From: an uncultured Phycisphaerales bacterium
GTDB taxonomy: Bacteria; Planctomycetota; Phycisphaerae; Tepidisphaerales; Tepidisphaeraceae
Length of the DNA: 64,000 nucleotides
Direction: 5' to 3'
Assembly: GCA_963758525.1 (NCBI GenBank)
Contig: CAVWVQ010000003.1
Location: 320,001 to 384,000, forward strand
Position numbers and translations under genes: made by a program. Each line of letters starts with the position of its first letter. Positions within the stretch are counted from its first letter, which is position 1. Below, piece by piece: positions 33,780 through 44,255 of this stretch. Below the pieces are notes generated by a model that searched no databases, was not told the DNA's origin, and saw only the letters and a program-made list of their open reading frames with translations.

Positions 33780-35185
33780 TCATCGCGGACCAGACGAACA
33801 ACGATCTAAGACAACCACAGAGGGGGAAGAGCCCACAGAGATCACAGAGAGAATTGGAGTGCAAGAAGCCGAAATCGGGTGCAATTCCGCAACTGAGTTT
33901 TGAGACATGAGCTCTCTCTCCGTGACCTCTGAGCTCTGTGCCCTCTGTGGTTGCCTTTCGTTGCAGATAATGCCGATAATAGAGAAACAACCAGTTGCGT
34001 CCCGCGAAGCCTCCGCCACATGTTTTGCTCCCCCCGCTTCGCCTCTGCCTTCGCGCCTTCGCGCCTTCGCGTCTTCGCGGCTCTTTCTTTCAGTCTTCAG
34101 GCGGAAGATGATTTGCGCATCATTACGGATCGCATCAGAGATTTGAGCGCGCAGCCGTAACTCATCGGCTTCCAGGAATTGCATCGCCATCTCGATACGC
34201 CAGATGGGAAGCCCCTCGCGCACGCCATCAAGATCGCGCAGCTTCACCCAGTCCTTCTCCGTCGTGACCAGCGCCCTGCGCCGCTGGACAGTGCAGCCGA
34301 TCGCAGCTGATTTACGTCAGCGGCGCTGTACCGATGGTGATCTGAAAACCACCGGCTCGCGCGATAGGTTGCGCCCCACTGGCGAAGCTGATGATCCAGG
34401 CGCGACGGAGAGCCGATGCCCGCGAACGCGAAAAACGGCGTCGTTTGGAGCTGTTCCATCGGCTGACGGTCGGCCGCTCCGCTTCCCTTCAGTGCCACAT
34501 GAGCATGCACGGCACGATAGAGCGGGACTGCCGCATGGTATTTTCTCACGCGCTGTTCGAGGACGGCCAGTTGCTCCGGGGAAATCTGGTCGCAGTGCGT
34601 CAAGACAATTGCCCCGGCCCTTGCGAGTCCGTCGAGGGGCTCCCGTAACAGCCCGCGAGGCAGCACGTGTCCAAATCCGAACGGCTCGGGCGCGCTGATC
34701 AGCACGAGGTCCAGGTCGCGGCGCGCCCGGCGATGCTGGAACGCATCGTCGAGAATAAACAGATCGATGCCGGAATCGCGCCAAGCGTCGCCGCCGCCGC
34801 GGCGACGCGATCGGGATTGGCAATCAGCTCCACTTTCGACAGATCCCCTGTATTGAGCGCCGCGTCGAGCATGCACTGCTCATCCCCCATGGCGGCTCCT
34901 TCGGATTTATATCCGCGCAAGAATCGCGACCCGCCGGCCGTCCGATCGCAGACGATCGGCAACCCATTGCACCATCGGCGTCTTTCCGGTGCCGCCGGCG
35001 GTGATATTGCCAACGCTGATCGCCGGCCGGCCCAGATCGCAGCTCCGCATCACGCCAGCATCAAAGAGCCGATTGCGGATGCGCATTGCCGTCGCGTAGA
35101 AAGGTTCCGCCAGGGCAGCGCCAAGTCGCAGCGCAGTTGCGCCTGGGCCGCGATCCGCTCCGCTCATGACGGCCTGGTAATTCAT
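33780..35185 (-). CDS. lpxK: Tetraacyldisaccharide 4'-kinase (several frameshifts; true 3' end uncertain)
   Basis: ISVGNITAGGTGKTP, RGY, GDE, ILDDAFQHRR, LPRGLLREP, FAGIG, FSDHHRY, VTTEKDWVKL. Confidence 0.9.
33814..33952. repeat. Inverted arrays of CACAGAG-type units
   Basis: ACCACAGAG..CACAGAG..CACAGAG versus CTCTGAG..CTCTGTG..CTCTGTGGT. Confidence 0.7.
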
Positions 35186-35223
35186 AGAGAGCCAACCGAA
35201 TGACACCCAACAGCGCGAACCAG

Positions 35224-35516
35224 GGCGGGATGAATCCCGGCCTACGGAACTTGGTAATTCATGGACGCTCGACGCAATGACACTGTCACGGCAAGCCGCG
35301 GCGGGATGAATCCCGCCCTACGCGGTGATCAATCGACCCAATACGACCGCAACGTACCCCACAGCTCGGCGGCCCATTTCAGAACCTCGAGCGAACTGCC
35401 CCCTCTCCCGGTACGCCGGGAGAGGGCCGGGGTGAGGGTGATTTCGAACGTCTGGCGCGGCTGATCTCGAAATCACCCTCACCCCAATTCTCTCCCGGGA
35501 GTATCGGAAGAGGAGG
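35224..35516. repeat. Two GTAG REP copies plus a CCCCTCTCCCGGTAC-type palindrome
   Basis: REPs at 35224-35245 and 35300-35321; palindrome at 35398-35516. Confidence 0.8.
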
Positions 35517-35530
35517 TAAATGAACGAGCC

Positions 35531-36475
35531 CTAACCGGCGCACAGCTGGGCGTCGTCCTCGGCAGTAAAGGTCATCGGCCCTGATGGCAGATTGGCAATG
35601 CTGAAACCGGGCAGTAGATCGACCGCCCTTGTTTCGGTTCCCATATTCTCCATTCCGCACCATCGGGCGAGCAACCCCACGACTCTCTCCGGCGGGACGC
35701 CCGCCTCGCGATAGTACGCCAATCGCGAGTCTCCGTGCCGCTTCGCCAGTCGGCGGCCGTCGGAACCGACGATCAATGGCAGATGGGTGTACCGGGGAAT
35801 GCGTTCGTGCCACCCAAGAGCATCATAGATCAATTGCTGCCGAGCCGTGGAATCCAGCAGGTCGTCCCCGCGGACCACGTCGGTCACTCCCATCTGGGCG
35901 TCGTCGACGACGACCGCCAATTGATACGCCGGCGTGCCATCGCCCTTCTCCACAACAAAGTCACCCAGTTCGCTCGCGGCATCATATTCGCAAACCCCGC
36001 GCAACGCGTCCTGGAATCGAACGCGCGCCGGCGGCACACGGAACCGCAGCGCCGCCGGCCGACCGGTTTCCCGCAGCGCCTGCTCGCGCGACGTAAATCG
36101 GCCGCGGCAGGAACCCGGATAGATCGGGCCGGCCTCTCCGTGCGGCGCGCTGGCCGACTCTTCCACCTCGCGACGGCTGCAAACGCACGGATAGACGTTC
36201 TGATTGCGGACGAGTATTTGCATTGCGTCGGCGTAGCGGTCCCGCCGGCGCGATTGATGGATCGGCCCCTCGTCCCAGTCGATCCCGAGCCAGCGCAGAT
36301 CGTCAATCAATCCGCGATCGGCCGACGCCTTTACGCGCGGGCCGTCCAGATCTTCAATCCGCAGAATGATTCGCCATTTTTGCTGCCGCGCCAGCAACCA
36401 GTTCACCAGGAGTGTTCTTGCATTCCCTAAATGCAGCGCCCCCGTCGGAGATGGAGCAAGTCGTGTCACGCTCAT
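35531..36475 (-). CDS. gluQ: Glutamyl-Q tRNA(Asp) synthetase
   Basis: RLAPSPTGALHLGN, RIEDLD, YPCVCSR, YQLAVVVDD, RGDDL, RLAKRHG; 314 aa with no anticodon-binding domain. Confidence 0.92.
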   Translation of the reverse strand: MSVTRLAPSPTGALHLGNARTLLVNWLLARQQKWRIILRIEDLDGPRVKASADRGLIDDLRWLGIDWDEGPIHQSRRRDRYADAMQILVRNQNVYPCVCSRREVEESASAPHGEAGPIYPGSCRGRFTSREQALRETGRPAALRFRVPPARVRFQDALRGVCEYDAASELGDFVVEKGDGTPAYQLAVVVDDAQMGVTDVVRGDDLLDSTARQQLIYDALGWHERIPRYTHLPLIVGSDGRRLAKRHGDSRLAYYREAGVPPERVVGLLARWCGMENMGTETRAVDLLPGFSIANLPSGPMTFTAEDDAQLCAG

Positions 36476-36634
36476 AAATGAGGTTCAGGGGAATGAGGGA
36501 ACATTCATCAAAAGTTGCAAAGAACGCCGCGATCCGCTAGAAGGCTTCGCTCGATCAGTCGGCGGCGTGCGTCTCCGGCTTGAGATCGAATCATTGAAGT
36601 TGGTAAATTTGATGGGCGGGAGAATTTAGGGAAC

Positions 36635-37018
36635 ATGCCGCGACCTTCGAGCCTCACTATAGCAAATCTCAAACAAATGCTGAACGTCCGCCGTAGCGAA
36701 CTTGCGAAGCTTCAGAAACAACGCGCCGGACTGGTCCGCGAGCTGGCTTCGGTCGATCGATCGATCTCCCGCATCGGCGGAGTCGGCGGCACCAAAGGCG
36801 GTCGCGCCCGCAATGAACAGAGCCTCACCGAGACGCTCCAGTCCGTTCTGAAGGACGCTGGCAAGCCGATGGGCGTAGGCGAGATCCTCGCTGCGGTCGA
36901 GGCGGCTGGGTATCGCAGCAGCAGCGCCAATTTCCGCGGTATCATCAACCAGACGCTCATCAAGGAACGCAAGTACTTTACCTCCGCCGGACGCGGTATT
37001 TACCAACTCAAGAAGTAA
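36635..37018 (+). CDS. Small basic protein: N-terminal coiled coil plus C-terminal winged-helix-like domain
   Basis: Heptad helix, G/K/R linker, LQSVLKDAGKPMGVGEILAAVEAAGYRS..RGIYQLKK; TGnTAAATT extended -10 upstream. Confidence 0.65.
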   Translation: MPRPSSLTIANLKQMLNVRRSELAKLQKQRAGLVRELASVDRSISRIGGVGGTKGGRARNEQSLTETLQSVLKDAGKPMGVGEILAAVEAAGYRSSSANFRGIINQTLIKERKYFTSAGRGIYQLKK

Positions 37019-37038
37019 TCCCATTTTGCGGTGAGCGT

Positions 37039-37064
37039 AAGCCCGGGGCCGTAGGCCCCGGCTT
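37039..37064. terminator. GC-rich hairpin between convergent genes
   Basis: AAGCCCGGGGCCGTAGGCCCCGGCTT. Confidence 0.45.
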
Positions 37065-37109
37065 GAGAATCCAAGGCCGGCGACCCCGGCTGCAGGAGCG
37101 CTGCGCGAG

Positions 37110-37926
37110 TCACCCTTCATCGGCGGCAACCGCTGGCGCATCGCCGCGCGTGGCGAGGATCCCGCGTTTGCTCGCGGCGATGAACGCGAGAATCTCGCCC
37201 ACTTCCGCGGTCTGCTCCACCTCGCGTTGTATCGCGGCCACCGCGGCGTTGGTGGAGCGATTGGAGTGCAGCAACTGATAGGCCGAGCGGATGGATGCGA
37301 TCGCCGCCCGCGATAATCCCGCGCCTGCATCCGACGGCGTTGTACCCCTTGAGCCGGCGCTCCCAGACCGCGCCGAACGGCGGGACATCCTTCGCTATCG
37401 GTTCGTTCCCACCAATGACGGCCAGTCTTCCGATGCGCGTGAATTGGTGCAGCGCGCATCCGCCGCCCAGAAACGCTTTGGCGCCGATGTGGGTATGCCC
37501 GCCCAGCAGTGCTCCGTTTGCGAGAATGGCGTCGTCATCAATGACGCAATCGTGGGCGACGTGCGCGCCTCCCATTGCAAAGACGCGATTCCCAAGTCGA
37601 GTCGCGTGCTCCAACCCCGCATGCGTTGCCCGGTGAATCGACGCCCCTTCGCGAATCGTGACGCTGTTGCCGATCACAAGATACGTTGGATCGTTCTCAT
37701 CGGCGATGAACCGCAGATGCTGCGGCTCAAGTCCCACAAACGCCGCCGGCCCGATCTTGCACCCCTCACCGATGATCGTTGCCCCATGCACGTGGGAGTG
37801 CTCATGCACGATGGTGTTCGCACCGATGGCGACCTTCCCCTTGATGATGCAATACGCGCCCACCTCGACGCCGTCCGCCAGCTCCGCGCACCCATCAACA
37901 ATCGCCGTTGGATGAATGTTCAACAC
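37110..37926 (-). CDS. lpxA: UDP-N-acetylglucosamine O-acyltransferase (frameshift near 37320)
   Basis: IHPTAIV hexapeptide repeats, PQHL, IREGASIHRAT, AHVAHDC, LHQFTRIG, KDVPPF, NAVG. Confidence 0.9.
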
Positions 37927-38271
37927 GACCGCCTGAGCTCCTTCGCGGCACGCATGTCCCGCTCGAAGCGAACATTTGAGAGCAAGCCCGCGCCAGAGGC
38001 AAGCTGATGTGCCCGCTGGGCAGCAGAAATGTCCAAGGCCCAATGGCCAACAAAGCCCCAAGGTCCAAGGCCCAAGGCTGGCTCTCCCATTGGTCATTGC
38101 GATTTGGGATTTTTTTGGCCATTGGGCATTGGGCATTTCTTGGTCTCCCACATCTCTTTTCGGAGCGGTACCAGGGGAGGGGAAAAGAGAGTCCGCTGAA
38201 AGTTTCCCCCGCTGGGCCGCCAGCTTGCCCGCTTGAACGCCCGCGCCGCCTCGCTAACCTATGGATCGCAC

Positions 38272-38345
38272 GCCCGCGTAGCTCAGTTGGATAGAGCGTT
38301 GGTTTCCTAAACCGAAGGTCACAGGTTCGAATCCTGTCGCGGGTA
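38272..38345 (+). tRNA. tRNA-Arg (anticodon CCT), CCA not encoded
   Basis: Acceptor GCCCGCG/CGCGGGT, D-arm GCTCAGTTGGATAGAGC, anticodon loop TTCCTAA, T-loop TTCGAAT. Confidence 0.95.
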
Positions 38346-38427
38346 CTCCGCCGGTGTCGAAATGATCCAGCACTTCATTTCGTGGGCGGCTCCTTCGCCG
38401 GAATTTTTTATTCAATCGGCGATGGGG

Positions 38428-38436
38428 TGGTATAAT
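38428..38436 (+). promoter_or_regulatory. Extended -10 promoter (TGnTATAAT) for the prepilin-type gene
   Basis: TGGTATAAT about 90 bp upstream of ATG 38527. Confidence 0.55.
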
Positions 38437-38526
38437 GCCGTTGCCGCACCGTCGGCCATTTCGCTTGCACTGGTACGCGCGGTGACACGTGCAGAGTGTC
38501 AAAACACTTGAAGCGCGAGGCGACGC

Positions 38527-39582
38527 ATGAGCAGCCGGACCATTTCACCAACGCAGGCGGGGACCATCCGTTTGCCAAACAGAAAGCGGCGCGCCGGGTT
38601 CACGATGGTGGAGCTGCTGGTGGTCGTTGGCATCATCGCGGTGCTGATCGCGATGCTGCTGCCCGCGCTTGGCAAAGCGCGCGAGCAGGCGAGATATGTC
38701 CGATGGCAGGGATTCAGCCGCGATCTGTCCATGGATGAAAACATGGCGGCGTACTACACGTTTCAGAACGATCTGGGCGGAACCACTCTCACCAACTCGA
38801 CGGTGGAAAATCACGATCCGACCTATTCGCCGACCGCCATGGACCTGACGATGCTGGACTACAGCAACAACCTGGCGGAGATGGCCGATCCTTCGTTGAT
38901 CAGCTATTTCTGGGCCAATGAGGGCCGCTTCCACAACAAGCCGGCTGCGACGTTCCTGAATGCCGGGCCGTATAACAATTTGTGCGTCTATCCGCTGGTT
39001 GCGGCAAATTCGGGACGGCTGGCGAAGCTGTTGCGCAAATCGCAGGCGATCACCGTCGCAATCTGGATCTACGTTCCCGACTATTTGATCAACCAGAAAG
39101 GCTCGCTGATCTGGTGGACGGACCAGTTCAATAATCGGATTTTTAACATTCATCTGCCGTGGGTAGGCATGGTTTACTGGGACACTCTGGGCTACGCCAG
39201 CGGCAACCGTGTATCGACTGCATTCATTTACTCCAATGACTCCGCATGGTCGCTATGGTGCTTCACCAAGGACAACCGCACGGGGCTGCAGAAAATCTAT
39301 CACGATGGAGAGATCGTGGCGGCAGGTCCCGGCAACCCCGACCCGGCCTATACCTGGAAATATTTCGACATCACCCAGATCAGCATGACTGGAAACACCG
39401 CCAACTTCTCGATCGGCAGTCCTGCCGGATCGGGCGGATGCGCCTGCACCACCGATGAATTTGCGGTCTTCGACGCCGACCTCTCTCCCGCCGATGTCAC
39501 GAGTAACGGCACCACCGCCACCATTATTCCCGGCGTGCCTGCGGTTCGATTCCTGCAGATGTATGAGATGGGGCAGAAATAG
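38527..39582 (+). CDS. Prepilin-type N-methylation protein with a LamG/concanavalin-like C-terminal domain
   Basis: [59 protein letters not shown]. Confidence 0.8.
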   Translation: MSSRTISPTQAGTIRLPNRKRRAGFTMVELLVVVGIIAVLIAMLLPALGKAREQARYVRWQGFSRDLSMDENMAAYYTFQNDLGGTTLTNSTVENHDPTYSPTAMDLTMLDYSNNLAEMADPSLISYFWANEGRFHNKPAATFLNAGPYNNLCVYPLVAANSGRLAKLLRKSQAITVAIWIYVPDYLINQKGSLIWWTDQFNNRIFNIHLPWVGMVYWDTLGYASGNRVSTAFIYSNDSAWSLWCFTKDNRTGLQKIYHDGEIVAAGPGNPDPAYTWKYFDITQISMTGNTANFSIGSPAGSGGCACTTDEFAVFDADLSPADVTSNGTTATIIPGVPAVRFLQMYEMGQK

Positions 39583-39638
39583 TTTCAAGTGCCATCCGTA
39601 TGACAAGCCGCTGACGCGAGGCACAGTGGAGGGTATCC

Positions 39639-40109
39639 GTGGGGCTGCGTGAAGCGCTGAATCAACATGCCCGCGCGGTCACCATTTGCGGCAGCACGAC
39701 GATCGTGATCGCGGCGGCGATTGCCATCCCGCTGATTCGGTCCGGCGGACGAGCGCCAAATCCGGTTTTCCCCACCAAAATGTTTTATTCCGCGGACGAC
39801 GGCGCGACGGTATTTATCGACGATTTTGGAAAAACCGTGCCCTTCGACCACGACGGCGCGCAGGCGGTGCGCGCCTATCAGTACACTTCCGACGGCGGCA
39901 AACATACGTGGGTGCAGTATCTGGAGAAATTCGGCGAACTGGGACCGCGCCCCGCGAAACAGCCGGCGGAAACAAGCGGAGCACGTCTGGTAAAACGACC
40001 GGGAAAAGGGCAGTGGTTGCGAATGGGCGACCCGGGGGCGTTCGATATTATTCGGCCCCGAATCCCGCCGGGGTATGAGGCTGGGCGAGTCGAGCCGGTT
40101 GTGCCATGA
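39639..40109 (+). CDS. Hypothetical membrane-anchored protein downstream of the prepilin gene
   Basis: N-terminal TM segment; FYSADDG..VPFDHDGAQAVRAY..YLEKF. Confidence 0.6.
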   Translation: MGLREALNQHARAVTICGSTTIVIAAAIAIPLIRSGGRAPNPVFPTKMFYSADDGATVFIDDFGKTVPFDHDGAQAVRAYQYTSDGGKHTWVQYLEKFGELGPRPAKQPAETSGARLVKRPGKGQWLRMGDPGAFDIIRPRIPPGYEAGRVEPVVP

Positions 40110-40281
40110 GGCTCCGCGTGCCACTGCTCCCAAAGGAGACGCCGGAAGGAAGAAATGGCCAATGCCCAATGGCCAACAAAATCCTAAGCCGCATGACCAC
40201 TGCGAGAAGAGCGACGTCGGGCCTTGAGGTTGGTGCTTTGGGGTGTAACTTTTAGTTGTGGCGATTGCAGATTTTGCGATC

Positions 40282-40349
40282 GTAGGGCGGGATTCATCCC
40301 GCCGTTTTCTCAGCCGGCCAACAAATCGGCGGGATGAATCCCGCCCTAC
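40282..40349. repeat. Inverted GTAG REP doublet
   Basis: GTAGGGCGGGATTCATCCCGCC (40282-40303) and its reverse complement (40328-40349). Confidence 0.9.
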
Positions 40350-40447
40350 TCGGAGCCGATCGCCACTTTCGAGCGCCACACCCGTGCTTTGTTGGCCATC
40401 GGCTCTGCATTGACATTTGCTGAAACGGGGCTATTTTTTCTGATGTT

Positions 40448-40520
40448 GCGGGCGTAGCTCAGTTGGTAGAGCGTCACGTTCCCAACGTGAATGTCGAGGG
40501 TTCGAACCCCTTCGCCCGCT
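40448..40520 (+). tRNA. tRNA-Gly (anticodon CCC), CCA not encoded
   Basis: GCGGGCG/CGCCCGC acceptor, TCACG-TTCCCAA-CGTGA anticodon arm, TTCGAAC T-loop. Confidence 0.95.
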
Positions 40521-40524
40521 CTTC

Positions 40525-40556
40525 AACCCCATCCGGGCCGGATGGGGTTTTTTGTT
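40525..40556 (+). terminator. Intrinsic terminator after tRNA-Gly
   Basis: AACCCCATCCGG-GC-CGGATGGGGTT followed by a T-run. Confidence 0.8.
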
Positions 40557-40726
40557 GTAGTGCGGTGGAGCGAGCGAGCGCTGCCCTCAGGGCAGCCGCT
40601 AAACGATAGCAGATGATGCCGGGAAGCGGTTGTCATTCGACGGAAAATGCTCGCGCACGAAATCCGAGCCTTCGGAGTACCTCAGACTCGGCGTCGTGAG
40701 GTGGGTTGGGGGTTCTGAAGCCGCTT

Positions 40727-41432
40727 CTAAGCCGGTTGTTTTCTTGCTGCGGATTTTTTCCCGGGAACGAGGGGCTTGCGCGGGCGGCCCTGCGGGCGGA
40801 TCGTGTATTCCAGCCCGAGACGGGCCGCGGTTTTGGCAACCCATGCGGAATCGCCGAAGGGGCGGCCGCGCCGGATTGTTTCGCGAACCTCTGCGGCAAC
40901 GGATTCTTCCAGCAGGTCGTCAACCAGGTGATTCCAGCTTTTGGGGAGCCGCACGAGGGATGGGGAGATGATCTTTCTGCCGTCGGGAGACGCTGCTCCG
41001 CCGAGGCTGGACCATCGCCACTGCTCGGCCTTGCTGACAAGTCGCTCGCGGCGCGGGTTGGATTCGATAAAGCGCCGCAGCGTGAGCAAGTGATCGTCCT
41101 GCTGCACCGGAAAATTGCGGAAGCGCGACTGGTAGACTTCGCCGTCCCCCGAGCCGGCGCGCTGGCGCTGGCGGCGGACGTGCATGGTGCTGATCCAGCG
41201 GACAAAGTCAGAAAGCTCGCCGGTTTTGGCCGGGACGAGCAACAGATGCCAGTGATCCGGCATGAGGCAATAACCCAGCAGGCGCACGCCCGGCACGCGC
41301 TGAAGCGCATCGGCCAGTGTGTTGACGAAGATGTCGTACTCGGCCGGATTGCGAAACAGCCGCTTTCGCCCCTGCGCGGTTCATGACGTGCTGCACCATC
41401 CCACCGGGGGCCACGCGGGCGATTCTTGGCAT
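40727..41432 (-). CDS. RAYT-type Y1 transposase homolog (frameshift near 41380; catalytic Tyr replaced by Phe)
   Basis: MPRIARVAPGGMVQHVMNR, YCLMPDHWHLLL, VYQSRF, RRFIESNP, WRWSS, GRPFG, RPQGRP. Confidence 0.85.
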
Positions 41433-41523
41433 GCGGCGGAGTATGCGGCGAAGGCAGCGGCACGTCAAATCCGCAGTGTCCCGTTTTTAGTTCTCCCGGT
41501 GGAGGAATGACCCCGCGGCTCTG

Positions 41524-42669
41524 CTACGGGCGCTTCTGTGCGAACGGATACCAGAATTGCCGGAGGTAGCTGGTGGGGACGGGGTGGCCTGCTATTCCGT
41601 ACTCGGCCGGCCATGCGCCTTTGGGGAGGTGATAGGTGCCGAAAAGGCGATCGAGCAAGGGGAAGTGGATCGCGAAGTTGACGTCGATGGCTTCCTTCTC
41701 GACGCCGTGGTGCCAGTGATGAAACCGCGGCGTGACAATGAATCGGCCGATGCGATCGAAGTTCCACCCCAGGTTCGCGTGGACGTACGTTGAATGAATG
41801 TAGACGAGAAGAATATAGGCGTGCAGAGCCATCGGGACGAAGCCGAGGATGTACATCGGGATCACGGTTGTGCCGCGCAGGATAATGATTTCCAGGAAAT
41901 GCATGCGCGCCCCGGCCATCCAGTCCATGGATCTGGCGGAGTGATGCACCGCATGAAATCCCCAGAGAAAGGGGACGCGGTGAAAGGCGCGGTGGACCCA
42001 GTATTGCACCACGTCGGTCAGAAACATGATTTCAATCAACTGGAGCACCACCGGTTGCGAGCCGATTGCGCTTCGCAGCGCGGTCCAGCGCGTATGTGCA
42101 AGAATTGCGATCGCCGGCGCCATCGAGATGAAGGTGAGGGCCTGCACCATCAGGCTGCTGACGAGGTAATAGAACAGATCCTCCCGCCACTCGAGGCGGA
42201 AAAGGGGCTGGCCGCGATAGCGCGGGAAGAGGCGTTCGAGGGGGATAAACAGGAAGCCGCTGAAAATGACGTTCAGGACAAACCAGTCGAGGCCGAGAAA
42301 GTATCCGCTGGTGAGTTCGCCGCCGGACCGCACGCGCGATCCGCCCAGAACCGTGGCGAGAAGCACGATCGAGATCGCCGCGAGTCCCAGCGCCTTGTTG
42401 ACGCGCAGGACCAGGCTCACGATTGACGCCGCAAACGCGGCAACGAGCAGCAGGTGCAGCCCCAGGCGGAACGCCGGCTGGGCGTATAGCGTGCGGGCGG
42501 GCGGCATGCTCAGCAAGGCGGGGTAGCGCAGGCAGAGGACAAAAAACAAGCCCGCGATCGCGCCGACGAGCCCGGCAACGCCGCTCAGCCAACCGGTTCC
42601 CGGCCGGCGCAGCTCAGCCGGGGATTCCAGATCATCGCGAATTTTCTTGCGGACGTTGCTGATCAACAT
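41524..42669 (-). CDS. Sterol desaturase/fatty-acid hydroxylase family protein
   Basis: YWVHRAFH, FHAVHHS, HANL, FHHWHH, DRLFGT. Confidence 0.9.
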   Translation of the reverse strand: MLISNVRKKIRDDLESPAELRRPGTGWLSGVAGLVGAIAGLFFVLCLRYPALLSMPPARTLYAQPAFRLGLHLLLVAAFAASIVSLVLRVNKALGLAAISIVLLATVLGGSRVRSGGELTSGYFLGLDWFVLNVIFSGFLFIPLERLFPRYRGQPLFRLEWREDLFYYLVSSLMVQALTFISMAPAIAILAHTRWTALRSAIGSQPVVLQLIEIMFLTDVVQYWVHRAFHRVPFLWGFHAVHHSARSMDWMAGARMHFLEIIILRGTTVIPMYILGFVPMALHAYILLVYIHSTYVHANLGWNFDRIGRFIVTPRFHHWHHGVEKEAIDVNFAIHFPLLDRLFGTYHLPKGAWPAEYGIAGHPVPTSYLRQFWYPFAQKRP

Positions 42670-43012
42670 GATGGGGGCTTTGGGTTGTTGACGCTTCGCT
42701 ATTCTGCTCGCCGGTTTTCTCTCGGCAGCGTGCGGGCGAGGGCGTCACGCTCAAGCGTGGCGATCGTGGGAGTACACGCGCGTACACCCACCTTACAAGA
42801 TTCCCCCTTCCGCGGCTATTTCGGGCAGTATCAGGGGAGGAGGAAATGTGGCCTTCTCTCAAAACTGGTCACACCTCCATGCTGTGGGCGCAAGGTCGCA
42901 AATAGGCCGTACCCGAAGGGTCTGAAAATCGTGGTCCAAATGAATAATTCTGACCGGCCGATGTAGTATGAGTAGGACAGTTCGACTGCTGACAGCAAAA
43001 AGTGAGTGCTGA

Positions 43013-43813
43013 ATGAATGGTGATACGCGATCGAAATGCCGGCGGCGCGGCTTTACGCTGGTGGAGTTATTGGTCACGGTGGGGATCATCGTGCTGCTGA
43101 TCGCCATTCTGGTTCCCGTGCTGGGAAGGGCGCGGGCACATGTGAACGAGGTTCGGTGCCTGTCGCATCAGCGGCAACTGATGCAGGCGATGCTCTCGTA
43201 TGCGGGTGACAATGAGGGGTATCTGCCGGCGCCGAATTGGGACGGGGGCGCAATGAACGCGGCGCTGCCGCCGGGGTGGCTTTACACGCCCCGGCTCTTG
43301 ACCGCTAGCAATACGTTTCAGCAGACCGACGCAAAGAACGGCACGCTCTATCAGTATCTCAACAGTCTGGACGTCTTTCGCTGTACGATCGACGACGGCA
43401 ACTGGAACTCGAACACAGTGCAGGTAGTCACCAGTTATATAATGAATGGTGCCGTCTGCGATTACAACTCCTCAAATCCTTTGCCCGAGAAGCTGCGCGC
43501 CTTCAAGCCGACCGCGATCCTGCTATGGGAAATTCCCGCCGATATCAGTAGCGACTCGGGAGTTGTTAACGATGGCGCCGACCAGCCTCGCGAAGAGATA
43601 ACGACCCGGCATTTTCATGGATCGACGATCGGCTTTGCCGACGGCCATTCCGAGCTGATGACTTGGACGGAGTTCACGAACGAATGGTTCAATGCCGGGA
43701 ACGCGCCCGGCAGGCTCTGGTGTGCGCCGCACTCGTCAAAGAACGATGGTGGGGCCAGCCTCTATTCCCCGTTCCCGTCCAGCCCGCCGTCTGAGCCCGC
43801 AAATAGTGGTTGA
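43013..43813 (+). CDS. Prepilin-type N-methylation protein with an H-X9-DG C-terminal motif (DUF1559-like)
   Basis: RRRG|FTLVELLVTVGIIVLLIAILVP, CLSHQRQL, RH-FHGSTIGFA-DGH. Confidence 0.88.
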   Translation: MNGDTRSKCRRRGFTLVELLVTVGIIVLLIAILVPVLGRARAHVNEVRCLSHQRQLMQAMLSYAGDNEGYLPAPNWDGGAMNAALPPGWLYTPRLLTASNTFQQTDAKNGTLYQYLNSLDVFRCTIDDGNWNSNTVQVVTSYIMNGAVCDYNSSNPLPEKLRAFKPTAILLWEIPADISSDSGVVNDGADQPREEITTRHFHGSTIGFADGHSELMTWTEFTNEWFNAGNAPGRLWCAPHSSKNDGGASLYSPFPSSPPSEPANSG

Positions 43814-43991
43814 CCGAAGAACATGGTGAGCGTCGAGCCGATGGCAAATCCTCCGGTCCAGGCGGAGCGGAAAGTAGTCCGCGAATTCTTTTTCTTTGGG
43901 AAGTGAGTCGCTCCCGCGAAGGGCAAGCCACGGCGAGCGCGGCTCGGCGTCAGAGCGCAAAACCACTGACACATGCCTACTCAGATTGATC

Positions 43992-44250
43992 GCACACGAA
44001 TAACTGGATCAATTTCCGAACATGAGTGACGCAATCATGTAGCACGGCCGTCTCGGCTGTGGCCGCAAATCACAGCCGAGACGGCTGTGCTACAGGGGAA
44101 TCGCCCTGTGACTGGCTTCGAAATCATTGAGCAGCTTATTCGGGCGCGGCCTCATAAGGTCCGGGTTCGGGTTTCGACATTCGGACTTCATTCCGGTTTC
44201 GGGCTTCGTCATTCGGGCTTGATTCTGGTTTCGGGTTTCGACATTCGATT
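43992..44250. repeat. Composite GTAG-REP doublet element plus a TTTCGGG/ATTCG tandem repeat
   Basis: Doublet 44039-44093; short-unit repeats 44162-44250. Confidence 0.8.
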
Positions 44251-44255
44251 TTTCC

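Noticed and set aside
38272..40520. tRNA-integrated genomic island or prophage
   Set aside because: No integrase, no duplicated tRNA 3' end and no phage genes.
42860..42965. c-di-GMP-I riboswitch upstream of the prepilin gene
   Set aside because: Only scattered resemblance (GGGCGCAAGG, GGTCTGAA); the expected stems and GAAA tetraloop could not be built.
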